64,000 nucleotides of DNA. Origin: the human T2T-CHM13v2.0 reference genome, Homo sapiens. Location: assembly GCF_009914755.1 (NCBI RefSeq), contig NC_060927.1; one strand, 5' to 3'. Below, piece by piece: positions 1 to 15,919 of the stretch. Position 1 is the stretch's first letter. Every line of letters begins with the position of its first letter. The notes beneath the pieces are model-generated. The model did no database searches. It was not told the DNA's origin and saw nothing but the letters and a program-made list of their open reading frames with translations. Made by a program: the position numbers and the translations under genes.

Positions 1-217
1 GACGATTTCTCCAACTTTTGGTCTAAGCTTAAATATTCAGAGAATTCTCGGATAACCCAACTTAAAGTACCCACCTTGGTTCCATCCAATTGCTTGTTCA
101 TCTTTTTAACATATTTTACAAAGTGCCTATTATGTCTAGGAATTGTTCTAAGGACTGACAGGAGGTTCAACGATGGGGGGCGGGGGGGGGGACCAGTCGA
201 AACCCCTGCTTAGTTTG

Positions 218-406
218 AGTATTTCTCAAACTGTAGCCTGTATCCATTTGCGTCATCTGGAGGCTTGGGAAAACAGATTGCTAGTCCCCCTCCCCTGAGG
301 GTCTGAATCAGTGGGTCTGGGGCAGGACGTGATGGTTTGCCTTGCCAGCAATATCCCAGGTTATGCTGGTGCTCGGGCCCAGGAACCCAACTTTGAGAAC
401 AGTTGG
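218..406. mobile_element. MER5A-like MITE
   Basis: tttctcaaact...tctgaatcagtgggtctgggg...actttgagaac terminal inverted repeats. Confidence 0.65.
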
Positions 407-1559
407 TCTCATGGGTCATGCTCCTCTTGGTCCTATGCTTATTCCTTCTCATGGTTTGCTATTTTGTCTTTTCTTTCTTTGTTTCCTTGTGTTGCTTTTT
501 CTGCCTCCCTTACCAGAAGAGGCAGTCTCTGAAGGGGAGACCATCTCCGCCTTGTTTTCATTGCATCTGGGTGCCCAGCACACAGTAGGTGCTTTATAAA
601 TACTTGAAGGGGTGAAGGTGGAAAGGCTGGCAGCAAGCAAAACTTCTCCCTATCTCTACATACGTGCCTTTCTTCATTCAGCCACTTCCATTTCCCATGG
701 GAAATCCTGGCAGTAGGAACAGGCAGAACTTGGGTTAGCTTCTCATGCCCTCCTCAAAATCTTGTGAGTTCTGTTACTGCAGAGCAAACAAGGCTTAATG
801 CCACAAGGGGTAATGTTATGGAGCAGGTGAGTAAGTAAAAGAGTGAGAGTGAAGGATTCTAATAGTGGATGTCCACAGCTATGGGATCGGTAGTGGGAGG
901 GAAGGTTTTGCAGCCAGAGACCCTGTAGCATTTAAACATCCAGGCAATTTTTAAGAGTCCCAGAATTTGGGCAGTAAAATGACTCTTGTTGAGAGCTTCC
1001 TTCTTGCCTAGGTTATTTTAAGGCTAGAATTAACCCAGAGAACTCTGTGCCATGAAATCTCCCTATGAGGGCAACAAGAGGCAAATCAATCAGCTGTACT
1101 TCCCTTCTTGAGACTGACCTCTGTCCCTCCCAGTTATACCAGAGCACAAAGTGTCTTTGGAACTCACATCTGGGCCAGCTGAAGGAATTTTTTTTAAAAT
1201 TCTTTTGGTATCATTTGACACCATTTATAATTGATAGTTCCTCCAACAGGTCTCAAAGAAGCCTTGATCCATGCCCTGAACAGTCTTCAGACCTAGGAGA
1301 CATGGGCATAATTCATTTCCTGGGTACCGAAGTTAATAAAAGCACTCTCATTGCAGACCAAGGACATCAGATTCATTTTGCCTCGGATCCATTCTGGCAT
1401 CTAGGAGGGCTTTTATAAAAACTATGAACCCCCTGGCGTTGCAAATAAAATGTGGCATATATGTTCATTTCTTGGGTGACTGTACATAACTTTCAACAAT
1501 GCTTGAGGCAATCTATGCTCCCAAAAACCAAAGGGAATTTGGTTATGTTAGAAAGCATG

Positions 1560-1936
1560 ATTTTTTAAAACTATTGTAATTAGGTACATATACATAAAAT
1601 AAAATTATATATAAAATATAATTTACCATTTAAACCATTTTTTAAGCACACAATTCTGTGGAATTGATTACATTTACAATATTGTGCAACTTTCACCACT
1701 ATTTACTTCGAAAATGTTTCATTATTGCAAACAGAAACAGAGGATGCAGTTATTAATAATGATAGCAATACAAGGGGCAAGTCAATCAGCCATTATTAAA
1801 CAACAACTGCATCCTCTCCCGCAGTCCCTGGTAACAAGTTTTAAACTTACTGTCTCTATGATATTTCGTATAACTGGAATCATACAATATTTGTCCTTTT
1901 ATGTCTGGGTTATTTCACTTAGTGTAATATTTTAAG
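1560..1936 (-). mobile_element. Old L1M (L1MA/MB-type) 3'UTR fragment, left half of the host element interrupted by the L1PA
   Basis: Characteristic aatttaccatttaaaccatttttt...acatttacaatattgtgcaac...tggaatcatacaatatttgtcc sequence, continuing after 8112. Confidence 0.75.
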
Positions 1937-2171
1937 GTTCATTCCTTTTTTTAAAATTTTATTATTATTATACTTTAAGTTTTAGGGTACATGTGCACAA
2001 CGTGCAGGTTTGTTACATATGTAGACATGTGCCATGTTGGTGTGCTGCACCCATTAACTCGTCATTTAGCATTAGGTATATCTCCTAATGCTATCCCTCC
2101 CCCCTCCCCCGACCCGACAACAGTCCCTGGTGTGTGATGTTCCCCTTCCTGTGTCCATGTGTTCTCATTGT

Positions 2172-5995
<3,824 letters not shown>

Positions 5996-6058
5996 TATGA
6001 TGTTAGCTGGTTATTTTGCTCATTAGTTGATGCAGTTTCTTCCTAGCATCAATGGCCT

Positions 6059-7075
6059 TTACAATTTGGCATGTTTTTGCAGTGGCTGGTACCGGTTGTT
6101 CCTTTCCATGTTTAGTGCTTCCTTCAGGAGCTCTTGTAAGGCAGGCCTGGTGGTGACAAAATCTCTCAGCATTTGCTTGTCTGTAAAGGATTTTATTTCT
6201 CCTTCTCTTATGAAGCTTAGTTTGGCTGGATATGAAATTCTGGGTTGAAAATTCTTTTCTTTAAGAATGTTGAATATTGGTCCCCACTCTCTTCTGGCTT
6301 GTAGAGTTTCTGCCAAGAGATCAGCTGTTAGTCTGATGGGCTTCCCTTTGTGGGTAACCCGACCTTTCTCTCTGGCTGCCTTTAACATTTTTTCCTTCAT
6401 TTCATCTTTGGTGAATCTGACAATTATGTGTCTTGGAGTTGCTCTTGTCAAGGAGTATCTTTGTGGCGTTCTCTGTATTTCCTGAATTTGAATGTTGGTC
6501 TGCCTTGCTAGATTGGCGACGTTCTCCTGGATAATATCCTGCAGAGTGTTTTCCAACTTGGTTCCATTCTCCCCGTCACTTTCAGGTACACCAATCTGAC
6601 GTAGATTTGGTCTTTTCACATAGTCCCATATTTCTTGGAGGCTTTGTTCATTTCTTTTTATTCTTTTTTCTCTAAACTTCTCTTCTCGCTTCATTTCATT
6701 CATTTCATCTTCCATCACTGATACCCTTTCTTCCAGTTCATCGCATCGGCTACTGAGGCTTCTGCATTCGTCATGTAGCTCTCGTGCCTTGGTTTTCAGC
6801 TCCATCAGGTCCTTTAAGGACTTCTCTGCATTGGTTATTCTAGTTATCCATTCGTCTAATTTTTTTTCAAAGCTTTTAACTTCTTTGCCATTGGTTCGAA
6901 TTTCCTCCTGTAGCTCGGAGTAGTTTGATCTTCTGAAGCCTTATTCTCTCAACTTGTCAAATTTATTCTCTGTCCATCTTTGTTCCATTGCTGGTGAGGA
7001 GCTGCATTCCTTTGGAGGAGGAGAGGTGCTCTGATTTTTAGAGTTTCCAGTTTTTCTGCTCTGTTTTTTTCCCAT
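6059..7075 (-). pseudogene. L1 ORF1p (338 codons) with a single premature TAA at codon 45
   Basis: ATG at 7075 (MGKKQSRKTGNSKNQS...). Full-length frame is preserved to the stop at 6059 except for TAA at 6941-6943. The track ORF 6059..6805 is the downstream part. Confidence 0.92.
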
Positions 7076-7657
7076 CTTTGTGGTTTTATCTACCTTTGGT
7101 CTTTGATGATGGTGACATACAGATGGGTTTTTGGTGTGGATGTCCTTTCTGTTTGTTAGCTTTCCTTCTAACAGACAGGACCCTCAGCTGCAGGTCTGTT
7201 GGAGTTTGCTAGAGGTCCACTCCAGACCCTATTTTCCTGGGTATCAGCAGTGGTGGCTGCAGAACAGCGGATATTGGTGAACCGCAAATGCTGCTGCCTG
7301 ATCGTTCCTCTGGAAGTTTTGTCTCAGAGGAGTACCCGGCCGTGTGAGGTGTCAGTCTGCCCCTACTGGGGGGTGCCTCCCAGTTAGGCTACTCGGGGGT
7401 CAGGGACCCACTTGAGGAGGCAGTCTGCCCGCTCTCAGATCTCAAGCTGTGTGCTGGGAGAAGCACTACTCTCTTCAAAGCTGTCAGAGAGGGACATTTA
7501 AGTCTGCGGAGGTTACCGCTGTCTTTTTGTTTGTCTGTGCCCTGCCCCCAGAGGTGGAGCCTACAGAGGCAGGCAGGCCTCCTTGAGCTGTGGTGGGCTC
7601 CACCCAGTTCGAGCTTCCTGGCTGCTTTGTTTACTTAATCAAACAGCTAACTCGGCA

Positions 7658-7921
7658 ATGGTGGGCACCCCTCCCCCAGCCTCGCTGCCGCCCTGCAGTT
7701 TGATCTCGGACTGCTGTGCTAGCAATGAGCGAGACTCCATGGGTATAGGACACTCTGAGCCAGGTGCAGGATATAATCTCCTGGTGTGCCGTTTTTTAAG
7801 CCCATTGGAAAAGCGCAGTATTATGGTGGGAGTGACCCGATTTTCCAGGTGCCGTCTGTCACCCCTTTCTTTGACTAGGAAAGGGAATTCGCTGACACCT
7901 TGTGCTTCCCAGGTGAGGTGA
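7658..7921 (+). CDS. L1 ORF0 homolog (87 aa) in the antisense-promoter region of the L1 5'UTR
   Basis: MVGTPPPASLPPCSLISDCCASNERDSMGIGHSEPG... matches the primate L1 ORF0 N-terminus (MAGAPPPASLPPCSLISDCCASN...). ATG at 7658. Expression unknown. Confidence 0.6.
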   Translation: MVGTPPPASLPPCSLISDCCASNERDSMGIGHSEPGAGYNLLVCRFLSPLEKRSIMVGVTRFSRCRLSPLSLTRKGNSLTPCASQVR

Positions 7922-8111
7922 TGCCTCGCCCTGCTTTGGCTTGCACACAGTACGCTGCACCCACTGCCTTGCACCTACTGTCTGGCACTCCCCAGTGAAA
8001 TGAACCCGGTACCTCAGTTGGAAATGCAGAAATCACCTGTCTTCTGCGTCACTCACGCTGGGAGCTGTAGACCGGAGTTGTTCCTATTCGGCCATCTTGG
8101 CTCCTCCCCCA

Positions 8112-8850
8112 GTTCATTCCTTTATTAAGGCTGAGTAATATTTCACTGTATGTATATATCATTTTGTTTATCCATTTAACTTCTGATTGACACGGGTTGT
8201 TTCCACCTTTTCTGGCTGTTGCGAATAATGTTGCAAGAAACATTGGTGTACAAATATCTGTTTGCGTCCCTATCTTTAATTCTTTTTGGTATACAAGTGG
8301 AATTGCTTGATCATATGATAATTCTATGTTTAGCTTTTTTAGAAACTTCCAAACTGTAATGTACAAGGGTTCCAATTTCTCCATATCGTTGCCCACACTT
8401 ATGATTTTCTGGGTTTTTTTTGATAGTAGACATCCTGGTGGGTGTGAGGTAATATCTCGTTGTAATTTTTTATTTCCCTAATGATTAGTGATGTTGAACA
8501 TCTTCTCCTGTGCTTTATTGGCCATCTGTATATCATCTTTGGAGAAATGTCTACTGAAGTTCTTTACCCATTTTTTAATTGGGTTATTGTTTTGTTGAAA
8601 TGGTCTCCTAATGCAAAATGGCTGGAGTTCTGTAGGTATTCTGGATACTAGACCCTTATCAGATGTATGATTTTCACATATTTTCCCTTCTATAGGTCGT
8701 TTTTTCATTTTCCTTATAGAGTCCTTTGGGGCATTAAAGTTTTTAATTTTGATAAAGTCCAATTTATCAATTTTTTTCTTTCATTGCTTATGCTTTTGGT
8801 GTCTTATCTAAGAATCCATTGCAAAATCCAAGGCCATGAAGATGAATGAT
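8112..8850 (-). mobile_element. Old L1M ORF2 C-terminus/3' region, right half of the interrupted element
   Basis: Degenerate ORF2-like peptides in track (8049..8396, 8478..8762: HTSDKGLVSRI, RHFSKDDIQMAN, WKFLKKLNIELSYDQAIPL). Confidence 0.8.
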
Positions 8851-9262
8851 GCCTTTTGGGATAGGAGATCAAGTCAACACTTATCATGTCTTTGCTTAAG
8901 ATGGCACATTGGTTCTATAAATCCCTCCCAATTATACGAAAAATTGTGTGCATTCTTTGTAGCTTTCTCTGGAGTTTTAAAAGAGTCTCTGTGTCAAAAA
9001 TAAATAACAAGGAAGCATTTTGGTATACTATGAATTACTGGTTGATTGCTTTGGAGTTCTGACTACTGACATTTCCCAAAGCATTAGTTGAAAGGCATGT
9101 TCACTGTATGGTAAGATTGTGAATATGCTAATTGGGTTTGGTTGTGGATCCATCATACTTGCAGGGCTTTTCCATGTAGGCTGAGGTATTCACTGAGCTC
9201 TTGGTGTTTAAATATTTGGCTTTGTTTCTAAATGCAAAACTATGTACCAATATACATACTCC

Positions 9263-9596
<334 letters not shown>

Positions 9597-12500
9597 TGAT
9601 GCTGAATGAAGGAATACACTCCAAGCCTGTTTTATAGATTGTACCTGTTGTTCATAAGGGAAACATCATGATATCTTAGTATTACAGAAGTGTCCCTAGT
9701 CAGGAGGAGGAAAAAGCAGGAGAGTTGATGGACTAGAAATAGAAACAGGTCTCATTCCTGTAAAGACTGCCTCAAAAAGAGCCAGAAGTTTAGCAGCCAG
9801 TTTAAAAAATTGGTATATATTGGTATTATATATATATTTATAATTGCATATATATTGGTTTATATTTGATAAGCCTTCCCAAAAAAGTGCCACTTAAAAC
9901 ATTGGTGGCTTGGAATCCAGAGTGGGTGTGCCCATGTTCTTAAGGTAACGAAGTCCATAAATGTTTGTGACAAGGCCCAGTTTAAACTGGCAACTTCCAA
10001 AGACACAGGTCATACTGAAAGTGGTACTTAGATTCTCATTTTTCGGTCAAAACTCAATCCCCTTTATCCATAAGACTCTCCTCTGAAACCCAACAGGCAG
10101 ATTTTGTTTGTTCTGGTAACTGTTAAGCATTTATAAAACCCACATTCTATGTCTTAAATCCCCTGCTTCTCAGAAAATGGCAAAGCTTAAATTATAGTTA
10201 GGAATTCATTTAGCCCCTGTGTGCTGTCTGTGCCTCCAGTTCATGGGCACTGAGAAACTTGTTTATAAAGGTGGCTGTTTAGTGCCTGTGAAACCTTGTG
10301 GCCTCTGCTTACAGTGCTTTGGAGATCATTTACGGAAGGAAGATCTGATTGGGTGGCAGCAGGGATTGCAGAACCTTGCTCTTCAATGTGGAATCACCCA
10401 CATTAATTTACACAGCAAGGTACAATTCAGGACAGGTATTTCACGGGGGTGGGTAAGCAGAGAAGCTGTGGTCCTCAAACCACTTAAATTGCCTTCTTCA
10501 TTATGCATTCAATGGGACCATCTCATCAGATCAGGTACTTCTCTGGGGTGGTGGTGAGAACTGGTGGTAAAGACTGTAGCTGGTAAGCAAGGGAAAGGAA
10601 GCTCTCTTCCTAAGCTCCTGTGTGTTTCCTGGTGGATGATGGAAAATGGAGCACTGGATTGGGAAATATGTTCTATCTAGTGGTCAAGGTGGTTGACTTT
10701 GCAGAAGTGGATTGAGAAAGCATGTTAAGTTTTCATCTGCTGTGGCATAAAATTGGGAAGTAACAGGGTTATAAACAGATTTAGTCCTGAGTAGAAAAAG
10801 GCAGGGCACAAAATAGTCACCAAAGGTCTCCAGATGTTAGGTATCTGCTGAAATACATGAGCCTTTTCCACAGTGCCTGTCATGGAGGTGCTACTTCCAG
10901 CCCAGCGATTCAGTGCGGTCAGAGAGAGATGGTTTCACTTTTCCCCTTAGCCATGTACCAGCTGGTTGCTTTTCTAAGCCTTCTTTATTTCCTTATCCAC
11001 AAAATAAGAACAATCCCACCCATCAGGTAGGCTACTTATGGTTAAGGGAGTTAGCACATGTAAAAGACTTAGCACAGTTTCTGGCACATATTAGATGCTC
11101 AATAAAGGTTGGCCATAACGAATAGGTTATCTATGGTCTAGTAGACAGTGTCATTCCTTCCTAGCTCCCTGTCTTTTCACACTGAATTCTATTCTCTTTG
11201 TCCATTGTTTTTGAGCTCAAGTCACGCCGGACTGTCTGTCTGTTTGTTTCATGTAGGCCACATCTCTCTCACTTCAGGATCTTTGTACATGCTATTTCCT
11301 CTATTTAACTACCTTTCTAGTTAACTCACATTCATCTATTGGCTCTCAGATCAAACATAACTTTTTAAGGGAGACTCTCTGTGAAATCTGTGGCACTGGC
11401 TCTCCTATCTGACCCTTATTCCGATCTTGTTGATGCTTTATAAGTATTTGTGTGATGATTGCATTACTGTTTTCTTTCTCACCGGACTGTACACTCCAGA
11501 GACCTCCCCATGGCCCTAGATTGAGTATGCACATAGTAACTAGTGGATGAAGGAATCCGTGCTGGTTTCTGACATGGCTCCTCGATGCATAAGGTTGTCA
11601 TAATTCCACAGAGCTGAAACTGCTAAGTCAAGCCCACAATGTCTGGGAGACATGTAGTTCTCCAAAGAGAACTAAAAACACAATTTAATTACTTCCTAGT
11701 ATATTTTTGAGAGACTCTGATGAGGTTTAGGGAGTTTCTTTTGGCTTTTGAGGATTTTAGCGAGACTTACTAATTGGTGAGCAAGTTTAAATTTGCAATA
11801 GCCCCAATGAAGGAGGGATCATTAATTCCCCATTTTTCATTTTAAAGAGATGCTGAGTGCACGGAGGTCAGCATTCTGCCATTGAAAGGCAAAACCACAT
11901 TATAGGCAAACCACATGTCCCTGTGGACTGTGCCCTTTCAGGATTAGTTGCAGCTGAAAGCTAAAGAAAATGAACCATTTAAGCAGAAAAACCCCATCTG
12001 AATGAAACTCAAAAGAACAACACTTTGTTTTATAACTGCTTTAGGGAATTCACATTTAATCAAAATTGAAGACTACAGCATTTGCCAGGAGAATTCTTGC
12101 ATCTTATCTCAGTTTTAGTGATTTTCTTTTTAATTAGTTGATGCTCCACAGAAATCCTAAAATACTTAAAAGCGAGAAACAGAAATAAAAGTGGGAGTCT
12201 CAATTGCTTGTGGCAGAATTGTGTTTGCTTCCTTGGTTTTGGGCAATGTTGCTAACAAGTAATCTGTAACCTACTTCTGAAGGCTACAAGTAGATAATTA
12301 CTTGGTTAATTTTCATATTTCAGCTTATAGTCTTAATTAGTTCTCCAACTAGTATTCCTTAGGCGATGTATAATCCCACCTTATCATATTTGTGATTTTT
12401 GCTATTTGGGATCTCCTGTTTCCATTTAAAAGATGAAAAACTTAGCTTGTGCCCCCACATTACTAGATATCTATGCATTGTCATGTGTTCTTGCCGAGAG

Positions 12501-12832
12501 TTAGAATATTCTGCAATTTAGAACTCAAAGGGAACTGAGTGAAATGCTTGCTACTTTGAAGTAATTTCTTTGTGATTATGAATATGTTACAAATATTAAC
12601 CTAAACTGAACATACTTTGAATTGCTTCTTAGGAGGAGATGGAAGCACAGGTAAAGGGTTTGGTATTAGGCAGATGCCAATTCAAATCACACCTTTATGC
12701 TTCTCTGGGCAAAGTTCTTAATCTGAGTCTAAACTACTGATAAAGCATGTGCTTCATAGAACTGCTCCAAGGATTTAGTGAGATGATGAGGGCAAGGGTT
12801 TAGCATGTACTTGCCCGATATTTTCTGTATCT

Positions 12833-13109
12833 GTGCTGCCCAATGGAAGTATAATGCAAGCCACATATGTAATTAAAAATCTAGCATTCACATTAAACAG
12901 TTAAACAGGTTAAATTAGTGATAACTATGTATTTTATTCAATCCAACATATGCAAAATGATTTCTACATAAAAATTATCAAAATACTTTTCATTTTTAAA
13001 TACAAAGTCGTTGAAATCCATTTTCTCAGAACATTTCAATTTGGACTAACCGCATTTTAACTGCTTAATAGCCAGATGTGGCTAGTGGCTATGGTATTGG
13101 GCAGTGCAG
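12833..13109. mobile_element. MER33 hAT-Charlie MITE
   Basis: gtgctgcccaatggaagtataatgcaagccacatatgtaatt...atgtggctagtggctatggtattgggcagtgcag with terminal inverted repeats. Confidence 0.75.
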
Positions 13110-14061
13110 CTCTAGATGGTCAAAACATTGTCATTTCCTTCTTTTGTATTTTATAATTAGTTTAAACCTGAGTCATCCAGCCAGTGGGGTGGCTGCTATG
13201 GAGAATCAGAAATCTGTATTAATCATTCCTCAATTTACATAGCTGTGAGAAAAACTGCACAATGACTGGAAGAGTGTAGGTACTAGTGATTTGGTAAATT
13301 TTAATTGTGTTAAACAATATAGTTCTAATAGGAAGAAAAGTAGTCCTTGATATTAAAAGTAGGCATTCAAATCAAATAGTGTGCTATAAGATGAAGCTGA
13401 AATAAAAGTCTGAGAAATAAACCTATCAAATTTGGTTATTCTAAACTTGGGGTTCTTGCATGCTTAGAGGGGATCTGTGAATGGACTTTGGGGGTATGTG
13501 AAGTCTCTGATTATATGCACTTTTTAATGTATTATTCATTATAAGTACATTTTCTGCAGATAGAATCTATAGCTTCCACCAGATCCTTCAGTGGGTCCAA
13601 GAAGTAAAGTACATGCAGCCAGGGCGGTAGAAAGGCCTGTTAGTTACAGTGGACGTTCTGTTTACACAGAAACTAGGGCTTTACATCAGTGAGAACAGAA
13701 GCTAGAAATTGTCTCATCACTATTACCCAGGAAAATTTTCATCCCAACCGCCAGCTCAGAAATGCACTGTGAGGCACTTGGAGTTCATGCTTCTGGAAGA
13801 AATGGCAGATTCATGATTACTCTTATGTTCACTCTGGGGCATCCACTGGTGAAATGCATTTGTTTTTTGGTTGAGGGCAAAGGATTTAATGCATTTAAGT
13901 TAACTGTGCACATGAGGACGATTCTTCAGAGTATGGGGTGCTAAGAATTGTGGAACCAGGTGTTGGGTTCTGAGTTCAAATCCCAGTTTGGTTATGAATG
14001 AGCTGCACTGTATTTCTTTGCCTCTCTGAGTGCCCTGTTCATTGATAAAGTGATGATTTCT

Positions 14062-14459
14062 TTCTTTTTTTTTTTTATTATACTTTAAGTTTTAGGGTAC
14101 ATGTGCACATTGTGCAGGTTAGTTACATATGTATACGTGTGCCATGCTGGTGCGCTGCACCCACTAACTCGTCATCTAGCATTAGGTATATCTCCCAATG
14201 CTATCCCTCCCCCCTCCCCCCACCCCCCCACAGTCCCCAGAGTGTGATATTCCCCTTCCCGTGTCCATGTGATCTCATTGTTCGATTCCCACCTATGCGT
14301 GAGAATATGCGGTGTTTGGTTTTTTGTTCTTGCGATAGTTTACTGAGAATGATGATTTCCAATTTCATCCATGTCCCTATAAAAGACATGAACTCATCAT
14401 TTTTTATGGCTGCATAGTATTCCATGGTGTATATGTGCCACATTTTCTTAATCCAGTCT
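14062..14459 (-). mobile_element. 5'-truncated young LINE-1 3' end (~400 bp), L1PA2-like
   Basis: Perfect 14-bp TSD aagtgatgatttct (14048-14061 and 14461-14474) and TT/AGAA endonuclease site. GCTAGATGACGAGTTAG (non-Ta GAG) and GTAACTAACCTGCACAATG. Confidence 0.93.
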
Positions 14460-15919
14460 GAAGTGATGATTTCTAAGATCTCTTCCAATTTCTTTTAGAA
14501 GTTAATCGGCTAAATTAGATTTGGGAAGCCTCATATTACACTGCATGTTATGACTAAGTATATCTAGATGATAAAAGTGACTTAAAAATACGTTGAAATC
14601 AAAGGATCTAGAATTGGATTTGAATGCACGCTATTATTTCCCTCTACTTTTTCTAAGTGCACGAGCTGACCCCCAAATCCAGAGACACGTGGGGAGACCT
14701 GGTTAGAAACCCTTGTGCTTGACTGTTTAGGTTAAAGCGGTTCCTGTGGCCACGTAGCCTCCTCTGGCCTTCAGCGAGAACACACAAGGGGAGGAGAGCT
14801 ATTTCCCCATATAAACTCACTCATACGCTTATATATGCTTTGCAGCAATTTATAATTCATCTGACTGATGTTTGTTCACTGTGAAACATTAACTAGGAAG
14901 ACAGGGTATGAGGTGACATGGCTGTGAAAGGGGAGCTTCTCCTGGGAGGTAAGGATCAGATTTTGTGGAAAGTTAAAACTTGGAGAATATTGGAAAACCG
15001 AGGCCCTAATAGTGCACTCTTTGCAAAAATTTCACCTTGGAGGGCTGATTAGAATAATGTAGCAGATGTAATTATCTTAACAATGCCTGGTTCTGGAAGA
15101 GGTAATGAACAGACATCTTAATAATGAGGAATAAGTATTTCAGTGTTTTATTTTCATTAAGTTGTTTTATTAAAAGCGTGACTACTAATTAGCCTCAAGA
15201 TTCTGGTCCCAAAGGAGGGACTGTGGTTCGAGCAGGGTCTGTGGGAGGAATGTATGTCTGAAATGCCTAAAACACCTGGTCATTTCAATCCAAATTCCAT
15301 TTGGATTGGAGAGTAAACCAGATGTATGGCATCATGGCAAATAAAAATGACACTCTTCCTAATCCTATCTATCTTTATCTTACTTTTTTTCAGTAAGTAT
15401 TACAGCTGAAATTGGTGTAAACATTACAATCAATCAGGAAACAATTATTTGTAGCAAATTCATTATTTAGGATCCTGGTGGTTGCAGTAGTCAGAAAGAT
15501 ACCAGATTTGAAGCCCACCCAGTTTGGTGACCCCTGTTTTTCTATGAAAATATTGCCTGATTTGCAGATGCATCTTAGAAATGGAAAGCTGGACCTAGCC
15601 ACCCGGAGTTGTTATTACTGATAGGCAGTAATGGTTGCAATAAACGAAAGAGATTTCACTGTAAACATGACCCTGATTGATTGATAAAGTTGCTCATAGC
15701 TATTCTTGTTTATAGGATATTGGGCCAGGCTGAAACTTCCTGTGAGACAGGCAGTGAGAATGCAGGGTTGTATTGTAAATTTGACCCTGTATTCTTCACT
15801 GCTAGACCTTCGCTTTATATCCATCATTAGGTTTGAGGCTGAATGTGAAGACATCAGATGGTCTAAAATACTTAAATCCTTCCAAAGTAGCATGTAATAC
15901 AACCACAACCAAGGGAAAA

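Noticed and set aside
175-191. G-run as a functional G-quadruplex
   Set aside because: A simple homopolymer with no promoter or UTR context.
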